The position numbers were made by a program, and so were the translations under genes. From contig JBBRYH010000002.1 in assembly GCA_038237845.1 (NCBI GenBank), positions 51,384 through 115,383 on the forward strand: DNA of 64,000 nucleotides, read 5' to 3'. The DNA is from Bacteroidia bacterium (GTDB taxonomy: Bacteria; Bacteroidota; Bacteroidia; Palsa-965). Shown here piece by piece: positions 27,764-36,239 of this stretch; position 1 is the stretch's first letter, and every line of letters begins with the position of its first letter. The notes under the pieces were generated by a model, which saw only the letters and a list, made by a program, of their open reading frames with translations, ran no database searches and was not told the origin of the DNA.

Positions 27764-29350
27764 TTGTCCCCTTGGACCGAAATGCACCTACTGAAAACAA
27801 TTTTTATTTTTGCTTTTTCTATTCTGCTTTCGAAAGCGGCCTGGTCGCAAACACCTGAGAAAGGGAAGCAGATTAATCTTAAACATGCCAATTCCTTAAA
27901 AGGAAGTAAATCGGGATTTCAACGACTGATTGGTGCAGTTGAATTTGAACAGCAGGGCATGGTCATGACTTGCGATAGCGCACATTTTTTTACTGAAGCG
28001 AATTCCCTCGATGCATTCGGCCATGTACATATTCGGCAAGGTGATTCACTTAATATTTTTGGAGACTTATTGAAGTATGATGGAAATGCACGTACTGCAC
28101 AATTGAATAAGAATGTTCGAATGATTGATGCGGATATGACTTTGACAACCGATGCAATTCTTTATGATCTCAATGAAAAAACAGCAAGTTATTCTACTGG
28201 TGGAAAAATTATAAATAAAGAAAATACATTAACAAGTCAAATTGGAAGTTATTCCACTGAAGGAAAAATACTGACCTTCAAAAAAAATGTTGTTTTGGTT
28301 AATCCCGAATATGTAATGAAATGTGACACGTTGCGTTATTTGCCAATTTCAAAAACTTCCTATTTTCTGGGTCCAACAACAATAAAGGCAACTAACAATT
28401 CTAACTTTATTTATTGCGAGAATGGTTTTTATGATAGTGAAAATGATGTGTGTCAATTTCAAAAGAATGCCTATATCATTACCAAAGATCAAATTTTAAA
28501 AGGAGACAGTATTTGGTATAATCGGAAAATAGGAATTGGAAAGGCGATGAAGAATGTTGAAATTATTGACACAACACAAAAAATTACTATCAAAGGAGAT
28601 CTTGCGGTTCACAACGAGAATACAAATACTTCATTGATTACAGGAAACGCTTTATATATCCAGGCATTCACGGAAGATTCTCTCTTTTTACATGCAGACA
28701 CATTGAAGTCGATTACTATTTATGATTCAACCGAAGTAAAACAAAAGAATAAGAAAAAAGATCCTTTAGATACTATTGTAAAGGAACCTCAACGAATTGT
28801 TTTAGGTTATCATAATGTACGTTTTTTCAAAACCGACCTTCAAGGCAAGTGCGATTCTTTATCTTGGACTTCCAGCGATTCAACGATGACGCTATTTCAA
28901 GATCCTGTTTTATGGTCGGGTGGAAATCAATTAACCGCTGAAAAGGTTTCAATCATTACCAGTCATGGAGAAATCCTTCGATTAAATATGGACAACAATG
29001 CATTTATTGTTTCCGAGGAAGATAGTTCGCGCTTTAATCAGATTAAAGGAAAAAAAATGATAGGTTACTTTTCGAAAAATGAATTGTATAAAATATTTGT
29101 TGAAGGAAATGGCCAAACCTTATATTATGTAAAAGACAAGGGCATGATCATGGGCGTCAATAGAGCAGATTGCAGTAGCTTATTAATTAAAATTTCGGAC
29201 CAAGAAGTTCAATCCATTACATTTTACAATCATCCTGAAGCAACACTTTATCCCCCACTCGATCTTCCTCCCAAGGAAGCACTTTTAAAAGATTTCCGTT
29301 GGCGCGCTCCTGAACAACCCTTATCCGTTTTAGACCTGTTCCTAAAATAA
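27764..29350 (+). CDS. OstA-like (LptA/LptD N-terminal beta-jellyroll repeat) protein
   Basis: Signal peptide, CDSA, AFGHVHI.QGDS, LTS..G.Y, CDSL, GNGQTLYY. Start may be ATG 27782. Confidence 0.85.
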   Translation: MSPWTEMHLLKTIFIFAFSILLSKAAWSQTPEKGKQINLKHANSLKGSKSGFQRLIGAVEFEQQGMVMTCDSAHFFTEANSLDAFGHVHIRQGDSLNIFGDLLKYDGNARTAQLNKNVRMIDADMTLTTDAILYDLNEKTASYSTGGKIINKENTLTSQIGSYSTEGKILTFKKNVVLVNPEYVMKCDTLRYLPISKTSYFLGPTTIKATNNSNFIYCENGFYDSENDVCQFQKNAYIITKDQILKGDSIWYNRKIGIGKAMKNVEIIDTTQKITIKGDLAVHNENTNTSLITGNALYIQAFTEDSLFLHADTLKSITIYDSTEVKQKNKKKDPLDTIVKEPQRIVLGYHNVRFFKTDLQGKCDSLSWTSSDSTMTLFQDPVLWSGGNQLTAEKVSIITSHGEILRLNMDNNAFIVSEEDSSRFNQIKGKKMIGYFSKNELYKIFVEGNGQTLYYVKDKGMIMGVNRADCSSLLIKISDQEVQSITFYNHPEATLYPPLDLPPKEALLKDFRWRAPEQPLSVLDLFLK

Positions 29351-29407
29351 AATATTCATTAACCTTCCTGTTCTATTTTCTTTTTAAATTCCATAATTTA
29401 GCTCCAG

Positions 29408-30559
29408 ATGCCAAAAACTACCGAACACGAAGTTCATATCCTTCTGGGTTGCGCAGATGCCCGCGATTTATCACAAATACATATCGATGCCATTCGTCAT
29501 GTGTCTGCTGAATGGCGACAAAAGGGAATTGACATTGATTATCATACCATACGCGCTGCTGGAACGTTTGTAACGCCGGATGTGGTGATGGATATCAAAC
29601 GTACGATTGAACAAGAATTACGAAATAGTCAGGATGTAAAACGCCCAGTTCGTTTTTTTGTTCACATTCAAAGTCATGGACATCTTACTGAGAATTCCAG
29701 TAAAGAATATATTTCGCACGTTCATGATTTACATATCGTCGAAGGTTCGCCTTTAAATTGTGGTATGTTGAACGCCTCTTCACTTGGAATTGAATTGGAA
29801 CAAATGTTGCTTGCAGAAAAGCCAATTGTTGAATATCACGGAAAAAGTTACAAAGTGCAAACGGCCGATGACATTCGTAGACTTTTGAAATATGTATACA
29901 ATCACGATGGCTATTTGGCAGGAGATTGGATAAAAAGTATTGATTTGCTCAGAACGCATCCACGCAATCAGCGTACCGCACTCGAAAAAGCAATCAGAAA
30001 TGATGCAGATTTAAAAACATTGGATATTAAAGTAACTGCCGGCATTCAGGATTATTCTATTCATGCTTTGATAAGAGTTGATGGCGGTGAACCTGCCGCT
30101 CCATGGTGGGACCAAGTACAACATTACATTAGAGATCACAGTAGAAATGAACGTTTACGAAAAGAAACATTATTAGCGCAGGCAGAAACACAAAAACCAT
30201 TAGCAGGATTGGTTTGCATGTCTGATCCAAGAATGTCTTCGTGTATTGCTGCAGCACAATATTATCTTGCCTTAAAAGATTTGGCCACAGGTTCAGACTA
30301 TATGCCGAATACAGTTTTTAATATTTCTGGAAGCAACTTTGATATTCCTCTAACTCCTTTTGGACCTTATGTAATTGCGGGATTCTATTATAGCGTCCAC
30401 TATTTAAATCTCACTGATCAAATGGTTATGGGATATGACCCAATGCAAACAGATCGCATCATGGCGAAAATTGAAAATGATCCGCTGATGAGTATGATTG
30501 TAAAAAAATACAAGGTGAATTTAATTCCTGTAAATCAGATTGACGTCACTCCACAGTAA
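29408..30559 (+). CDS. beta-carbonic-anhydrase-like protein with two tandem domains, the second degenerate
   Basis: GCADAR, RAAG, QSH...NCG in the N-terminal half; CMSDPR, FNISG, YYSVHYL....MVMGY in the C-terminal half. Confidence 0.6.
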   Translation: MPKTTEHEVHILLGCADARDLSQIHIDAIRHVSAEWRQKGIDIDYHTIRAAGTFVTPDVVMDIKRTIEQELRNSQDVKRPVRFFVHIQSHGHLTENSSKEYISHVHDLHIVEGSPLNCGMLNASSLGIELEQMLLAEKPIVEYHGKSYKVQTADDIRRLLKYVYNHDGYLAGDWIKSIDLLRTHPRNQRTALEKAIRNDADLKTLDIKVTAGIQDYSIHALIRVDGGEPAAPWWDQVQHYIRDHSRNERLRKETLLAQAETQKPLAGLVCMSDPRMSSCIAAAQYYLALKDLATGSDYMPNTVFNISGSNFDIPLTPFGPYVIAGFYYSVHYLNLTDQMVMGYDPMQTDRIMAKIENDPLMSMIVKKYKVNLIPVNQIDVTPQ

Positions 30560-30561
30560 AA

Positions 30562-30651
30562 TGATTTGTAGATTTCAGATGGTTGATTTGCTGATTTCAA
30601 ATTAGAAATTCAGTCAATCATTTATAATCTGTAACCTGAAAATTTGAAATC
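30562..30651. repeat. imperfect palindrome built from short GATTT/AAATC repeats between convergent genes
   Basis: GATTTCAAATT (30593-30603) is the exact reverse complement of AATTTGAAATC (30641-30651); several more GATTT units lie on the left arm. Confidence 0.6.
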
Positions 30652-30654
30652 GTT

Positions 30655-31143
30655 TTATCCTACCAACATTCTTGCATGCCAACTTTTTTTCATGGGAACC
30701 TCCCATTTAGTAGCCATTTCTTCTTTCGTACCAAGAAGATTGTTAAAGACAATAGTATCTTCTGTTAAAACACCTTTCTCAACCAACTGCTCGAATTCTT
30801 GAAGTTTCGTACCTCGAATAATATTATTCTCATCACGAAAAGTTACAAGTAAGCGATCAAAGAAATTCACGAGATAATCTTTCTCTAATTGTTGAATAAA
30901 ACGAACTGATTTATCAATACCGCATCCACTTGCGCTCGCGGCATTTTCATCAACAAGTACAATTACAAAACGATTGTAAATCACATCAATGGTTGCTAAC
31001 ATCATGTTTCCGTGAGAAGACCATTCCAACAAAAACATCGCTGCTTTCTTTTTCATTTCAGCAATTTCTATATCTGTGAGATTTCTATCAGCCTGGTAAA
31101 TCCAGACTTTAGAATGATTCGGCATTTCGTTAAAACTTAACAT
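30655..31143 (-). CDS. conserved Bacteroidota hypothetical protein
   Basis: SKVWIYQADR, WSSHG, ASGCGIDKS, FDR, T.VFNN, SWH; no Walker A motif. Confidence 0.75.
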   Translation of the reverse strand: MLSFNEMPNHSKVWIYQADRNLTDIEIAEMKKKAAMFLLEWSSHGNMMLATIDVIYNRFVIVLVDENAASASGCGIDKSVRFIQQLEKDYLVNFFDRLLVTFRDENNIIRGTKLQEFEQLVEKGVLTEDTIVFNNLLGTKEEMATKWEVPMKKSWHARMLVG

Positions 31144-31176
31144 CTCAGTTATTCTTATTTGTCGGTTAAAAATTGG

Positions 31177-31968
31177 CTATAAATCTATTGCGCTTGCAAT
31201 CAATTCAGCAACATCCATCACTTTTGTTTTCTCCTCTTTATTGAAATGCTTTACTCCATCGGTCATCATCGTCATACAGAATGGGCATCCAGTTGCGATC
31301 ACATCAGGATTCAGTTCTAATGCTTCTCCTGTACGTTCCACATTAACTTCCTTATCACCTTTTTCGGCTTCCTTGAACATCTGTGCACCACCAGCACCAC
31401 AACAAAGTCCATTTTGTTTACTGCGTTTCATTTCTACTAATTCTGAATCTAGATTCTGAATTACAGAACGTGGAGCTTCATACTCATTGTTAGCACGACC
31501 TAAATAACAAGGATCGTGAAAAGTTATTTTTTTCCCTTTGAATGCGCCACCTTGCACTTTTAGTTTTCCAGCATCTATTAATTCCTGAACAAGTTGAGTA
31601 TGATGTATTACCTCATATTCGCCGCCAAGTCCTGGATATTCATTCTTAATAGTATTAAAGCAATGCGGACAACCAGTTACAATTTTCTTTACGTTGTAAG
31701 CATTCAACACAGTAATATTATTCATAGCCTGCATCTGGAACAGAAATTCATTTCCAGCACGCTTTGCAGGATCACCAGTGCAACCTTCTTCTGTTCCAAG
31801 AACCGCAAATTTTATTTTTACATGATCTAGAATTCGGATAATTGCTTTTGTGATTTTTTTCGCACGATCATCAAAACTACCTGCACAACCTACCCAAAAT
31901 AAAATTTCAGGTGTTTCGCCTTTAGCAAGCATTTCTGCCATTGTCGGTACGTGAATTGGTTCAGCCAC
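31177..31968 (-). CDS. CCG-domain Fe-S protein (HdrB/GlpC/FadF C-terminal type)
   Basis: FWVGC, CTGD, CPHC, HDPCYLGR, CCGAGG, CPFC. Confidence 0.92.
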   Translation of the reverse strand: MAEPIHVPTMAEMLAKGETPEILFWVGCAGSFDDRAKKITKAIIRILDHVKIKFAVLGTEEGCTGDPAKRAGNEFLFQMQAMNNITVLNAYNVKKIVTGCPHCFNTIKNEYPGLGGEYEVIHHTQLVQELIDAGKLKVQGGAFKGKKITFHDPCYLGRANNEYEAPRSVIQNLDSELVEMKRSKQNGLCCGAGGAQMFKEAEKGDKEVNVERTGEALELNPDVIATGCPFCMTMMTDGVKHFNKEEKTKVMDVAELIASAIDL

Positions 31969-31979
31969 GGGAATAAATA

Positions 31980-32402
31980 TTATTTTTCAAAAACTTGAAT
32001 TATTTCATTTCTCTCCACGAGTTCAGTAAATTTTCCAGTGTAACGTGTTGCACGCACCATATGGTTATCGATCCAATGATAATTTCCTCCACGAGGTTTT
32101 CCCATAAGTAATCCATGCCACTGAAAACCTTTTTTTTTCAACCAAGCTTCTGTTACTTCACGATGTTCTTCTGTTCTAGAAGTAAAAAATGTAATCACAT
32201 GACCTTCTTCAAACCATTTTTGAATTGTTACCAATGCTTCAGGATAAAGCGTTGCATCAATCATCCGTTCTGGTTCCTCATTTGGAATATCATCACATAT
32301 AGTTCCGTCAATATCGATGAGAAAATTTTTTACATGTGAAGGCAATACAGGAGAAATTTTCTTTCCGTTTTCTTCGATGTCAACTAATTTCAAATCAGTC
32401 AT
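31980..32402 (-). CDS. small capless HAD-superfamily phosphatase
   Basis: Motif I DIDGT, motif II FTSR, GKP, WIDN. Confidence 0.8.
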   Translation of the reverse strand: MTDLKLVDIEENGKKISPVLPSHVKNFLIDIDGTICDDIPNEEPERMIDATLYPEALVTIQKWFEEGHVITFFTSRTEEHREVTEAWLKKKGFQWHGLLMGKPRGGNYHWIDNHMVRATRYTGKFTELVERNEIIQVFEK

Positions 32403-32442
32403 TTTATTTTTCAGTCTTTTACTAATAACTATTGGCTAATAA

Positions 32443-33765
32443 CTATTCTTCATTCGCCCAATTCAAACGATCCATTTGAGAAAATTGCCAAGGCGCCGAA
32501 TTATTCTCAATATTTGTCATCATCATATTCAATTCATTCGGAGCTGCAGATTGTTCCATCACTTGAAAACGACGAAGATCCATGATGATTGAAAGGGGAT
32601 CAATATTTACAGGACATTCTTGCACGCAAGCATTACACGAAGTACAAGCCCATATTTCTTCTCCGGAAATATAATCTCCGAATAAAAATTTTCCATCGTC
32701 AATAAATTTCCCGCTATTCTTATCCAGATTTTTTCCTACTTCTTCTAAACGATCTCTTGTATCCATCATTATTTTACGAGGAGAAAGTTTTTTTCCAGTA
32801 ATATTTGCAGGACAAGATGAAGTACAGCGACCACATTCTGTACACGAATATGCATCCATCAATTGTTTCCAAGAAAGGTCCTGCACATCTTTTGCACCAA
32901 ATCGCAAAGGAGTTTCTGGTGCAGGTGGTGGAACAAAAGAAGGATCAAGCATTGCTTTTACTTCGGTAGTGACAGAATCCAGATTTGTAAATTCTCCTTT
33001 TGCTTTCAGATTTGAATAGTAGGTATTCGGAAATGCAAGAATAACATGGAAATGTTTTGAATACGGTAAATAATTCATGAAGCCAAGAATACCGAGAATA
33101 TGAAACCACCAAGTGAAACGTTCTGTCAATACCAAAGAAGGAATGGAAGCGTTTCCAAATACTTCAGATAAATGAGATGAAATCGGAAATGCATTTGGAG
33201 AAAGGTTGATGTTGTAATGTGAGAAATGTATTCCCTGCAAACGAAAATCAGCTGCATTCATAAAAAGAAAAGCAGTCATTAAGGCCATTTCCAAAATGAG
33301 AATATAGTTAGCATCTGAGCGAGGCCATCCATCTAAATCTTTACTGCGCAAACGTTTGATGTGTGCAACATTTCTGCGAAGAAAAAAAACAAGACAACCA
33401 ATAAAAACAAGAGCGCCGAGAATTTCAAAAGTTGCAATCAGAAATGTATAAAGCGGGCCGAGGAAAGAAAGAAAACGATGTGTTCCAACTGCTCCATCAA
33501 CAATAATTTCTAAAACTTCAATATTGATGACGATAAATCCAACGTAAACAAAAATGTGCATGATTGCCGGAAGCGGTCGTGTTACCATTTTTGATTGACC
33601 CAGTGCCACACGAAATAAAGTCTTCCATCGCATGGATTTATTATCACTTCGGTCAACTGGTTTACCAATAAGAATATTGCGGCGAATTTTCCGAACATTA
33701 ATGGTAAAGATGATGACTCCTGCAAGAAACAGGATAACAAAAACAATGTTGGTAATGTATTCCAT
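32443..33765 (-). CDS. membrane-anchored 4Fe-4S dicluster oxidoreductase (FadF N-terminal type)
   Basis: About 5 TM helices with conserved His, PYSKHFH, CTECGRCTSSCP and CTSCNACVQECP. Confidence 0.9.
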   Translation of the reverse strand: MEYITNIVFVILFLAGVIIFTINVRKIRRNILIGKPVDRSDNKSMRWKTLFRVALGQSKMVTRPLPAIMHIFVYVGFIVINIEVLEIIVDGAVGTHRFLSFLGPLYTFLIATFEILGALVFIGCLVFFLRRNVAHIKRLRSKDLDGWPRSDANYILILEMALMTAFLFMNAADFRLQGIHFSHYNINLSPNAFPISSHLSEVFGNASIPSLVLTERFTWWFHILGILGFMNYLPYSKHFHVILAFPNTYYSNLKAKGEFTNLDSVTTEVKAMLDPSFVPPPAPETPLRFGAKDVQDLSWKQLMDAYSCTECGRCTSSCPANITGKKLSPRKIMMDTRDRLEEVGKNLDKNSGKFIDDGKFLFGDYISGEEIWACTSCNACVQECPVNIDPLSIIMDLRRFQVMEQSAAPNELNMMMTNIENNSAPWQFSQMDRLNWANEE

Positions 33766-33788
33766 TCTCTGTTCGGTCTGTAAACTGA

Positions 33789-34781
33789 TTACGGCTGCTT
33801 AGGAGGAGGTGGTGTACTTGTTTTTTTCTTTTTATCGCGACCAAAAATTGACAAATAACGTTTCGGATGAGCGGTGAGATCAATAATCAAAGCGTCCAGA
33901 TCAGCATTTGATTTGACTAGACCATCATAAAGCTTTTTGTCATTTACCAATAAACCAATTGTTCCTTCACCACGATTAATTTTATCCATAATCAACGCCG
34001 TTCTTGCCATTACTGAGCTAGCACTGTCAATCACAGATTTTAATTGTGATTTAGCAATGCTGTCGCTGATATTTGCGAAATTATTAATGGCTTTAGTTAG
34101 CGGCTCATTATTTTTTGCAAGGTTGGTTGAAATAGATTGAATCTTTAAAAGAATATCAGAAAAGCGTGCTGATTCAGAAGCTACCATTGTATCAAGACGA
34201 AAAGAAGTCTTTTCAAATGAAGAAAGTGAATTTCTAATACTCGCAAAACTTGCGACTAAATCTTCACGGGCATTTTGATTCATTACCGCTTGAAAAACCT
34301 GCACAACAGAATCAACAGAAGAAACAAGACTCTCTAATTTTTTCTTTAATGGGATTACCATCGCACTAACTTGATCCTTTATGCCTTGTTCATTGCCACC
34401 AATAAGCGTGTCTTTGTCCTTTACTGGCTTTCCACCAGGATGAGTTGTAATTCGAATGGCTTTATAACCTAATAGACCATCACTGAAAATTTCACAAAAT
34501 GAACTATCTGTTAGAATAGCATTATCGTCAGTTACTATAAAATGCACAATGAGTTTATTGGTCTTGGGATCCATTTTTACATCCCGAACAGTTCCGATTT
34601 TAAAACCATTGATTTGAACTGTATTGTTTGAAGTCAAACCATCAACATCAGAATAAACAGCGTAAAGATCTATATTGGTATTGAAAATGTCACGTCCCTT
34701 AAGAAAATTAAAGCCATAGACTGTAATTGCTACAGCAACCACCACAACAATTCCGGTTCTAATTTCTTTAGTGATTTTCAC
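33789..34781 (-). CDS. MlaD/MCE family protein
   Basis: N-terminal TM, GL.....V.INGFKIG.V, GLLG, helical tail with GEGTIG.LVND..LY; TAAATTTG promoter at 34809-34816. Confidence 0.92.
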   Translation of the reverse strand: MKITKEIRTGIVVVVAVAITVYGFNFLKGRDIFNTNIDLYAVYSDVDGLTSNNTVQINGFKIGTVRDVKMDPKTNKLIVHFIVTDDNAILTDSSFCEIFSDGLLGYKAIRITTHPGGKPVKDKDTLIGGNEQGIKDQVSAMVIPLKKKLESLVSSVDSVVQVFQAVMNQNAREDLVASFASIRNSLSSFEKTSFRLDTMVASESARFSDILLKIQSISTNLAKNNEPLTKAINNFANISDSIAKSQLKSVIDSASSVMARTALIMDKINRGEGTIGLLVNDKKLYDGLVKSNADLDALIIDLTAHPKRYLSIFGRDKKKKTSTPPPPKQP

Positions 34782-34882
34782 AGGTAATTTTTCGATTCAA
34801 TTGAAGTGCAAATTTACAAAAAATACTGCTTGAGAAGTGAGAAGAAAATAATTTGAAAATTGCATAACACCCAACAAATCAA

Positions 34883-36205
34883 CTACTTCCCTCCTGTCAG
34901 CTTTTTAGCTTCATCAAGTGTTAGCCGTTTACCATTCGAATCAAAGGCAACCACAAAGGCTTCTGTAAAACCTTTTTTCTTCAATTCATTCTGTCTGGTT
35001 ATTGCGTCGCCTTGCGTGTTATAGGAACCTGCAGTGTATTTGAAACTTCCTTTTGACTCATATTTCCAGATATCTTTTACTCCCTTAAATTCAGATGCGC
35101 CATCCTTCAATATTTTATCCGAGGAAAGAATTTGCACTCTATAAATCACCGTCAATACGTTGGGTGGAACGAGCATAATTTCAGAATCAATTTTAGGCTT
35201 TTCTGAAACGGTGTCCTTCGGAATTACAATTGCTACGGAATCGATTTTAGGTTTAGTTCCCGCTTTAGGATTAACATAATTCACCGCTTTTCTCAGTCCT
35301 GAGGTATCCGAAACTTCAGGTTCATAAGGTTTCATTTTTTCTATTTCGTCGGTATATTTTTTACTAGTTCCTTCTAATTCATCCTTCCATTTTCGAAAAG
35401 CTCGGAAAATAGAAGCAGCCATATGATTCTGACCTTTTTCAAGACTTAGGAATTTTTCCTCTTGAGGATTAGAAAGAAATCCAGTTTCAATTAATACGGA
35501 AGGCATACTTGTTTTCCATAGTACAAGAAAACCTGCTTGCTTTACACCATCATTATCACGACCCGCATTGCTCGAAAATTGCTCCTGACAAAGCTGTGCA
35601 AAACGCATACTTTCTTCCAAGTATTCATTTTGATAAGTACTGAATATAATTTCCGCTTCGTCAGAATTAATATCGAGATTATAATTGTTCTGATAATTAT
35701 CTTCCATTAATACGGCATCATTCTCTCGTTTTGCAACATCCAAGTTTCCATCTGTTTTATGTAAACCCATAACATAAGTTGCCGAACCATGAGCCGTTTC
35801 ATTACACACATCATGGTACTTTCCGTTGGCCATTTTCTTTCGAACACAAGCTGAATTACAATGCACACAAATAAAAATATCCGCATGGTTACGATTGGCA
35901 ATCGCTGCACGTTCATTTAATTCAACAAAAACATCTGTTGTTCGAGTGTAAATAACTTTAATTTCCGGAAAATTCGATTCTATATATTTCCCGAGTTTAA
36001 GCGAAACGGCCAAAGCAATGTCTTTTTCTTTCACAAGATCGCCATGACAACCGGGATCCTTTCCGCCGTGACCTGCATCAATACATACCACTTTAATCTT
36101 TTTGCTATCTGGTCTGATTATTGTTGCAAATGAGGCGGTCAGCAACAACACGAATGCTGAAACTGTTAATAGAATAAAGGGATTTTTAGCAATTCTTCTC
36201 ACCAT
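34883..36205 (-). CDS. N-acetylmuramoyl-L-alanine amidase (Amidase_3) with C-terminal SPOR-like domain
   Basis: DAGHGGKDPG, EKDI.L, VHCN, MPSVLIETGF, C-terminal YRVQI...AFVVAF. Confidence 0.93.
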   Translation of the reverse strand: MVRRIAKNPFILLTVSAFVLLLTASFATIIRPDSKKIKVVCIDAGHGGKDPGCHGDLVKEKDIALAVSLKLGKYIESNFPEIKVIYTRTTDVFVELNERAAIANRNHADIFICVHCNSACVRKKMANGKYHDVCNETAHGSATYVMGLHKTDGNLDVAKRENDAVLMEDNYQNNYNLDINSDEAEIIFSTYQNEYLEESMRFAQLCQEQFSSNAGRDNDGVKQAGFLVLWKTSMPSVLIETGFLSNPQEEKFLSLEKGQNHMAASIFRAFRKWKDELEGTSKKYTDEIEKMKPYEPEVSDTSGLRKAVNYVNPKAGTKPKIDSVAIVIPKDTVSEKPKIDSEIMLVPPNVLTVIYRVQILSSDKILKDGASEFKGVKDIWKYESKGSFKYTAGSYNTQGDAITRQNELKKKGFTEAFVVAFDSNGKRLTLDEAKKLTGGK

Positions 36206-36239
36206 TTAAATAACGCTGAGCGGGTCTTTTTATTTAGTT

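Noticed and set aside
30655-32402. Labels 'ABC transporter ATPase' (30655..31143) and 'phosphoheptose isomerase' (31980..32402) that I recall for such proteins
   Set aside because: The first has no Walker A/B motifs; the second has HAD motifs rather than an SIS fold.
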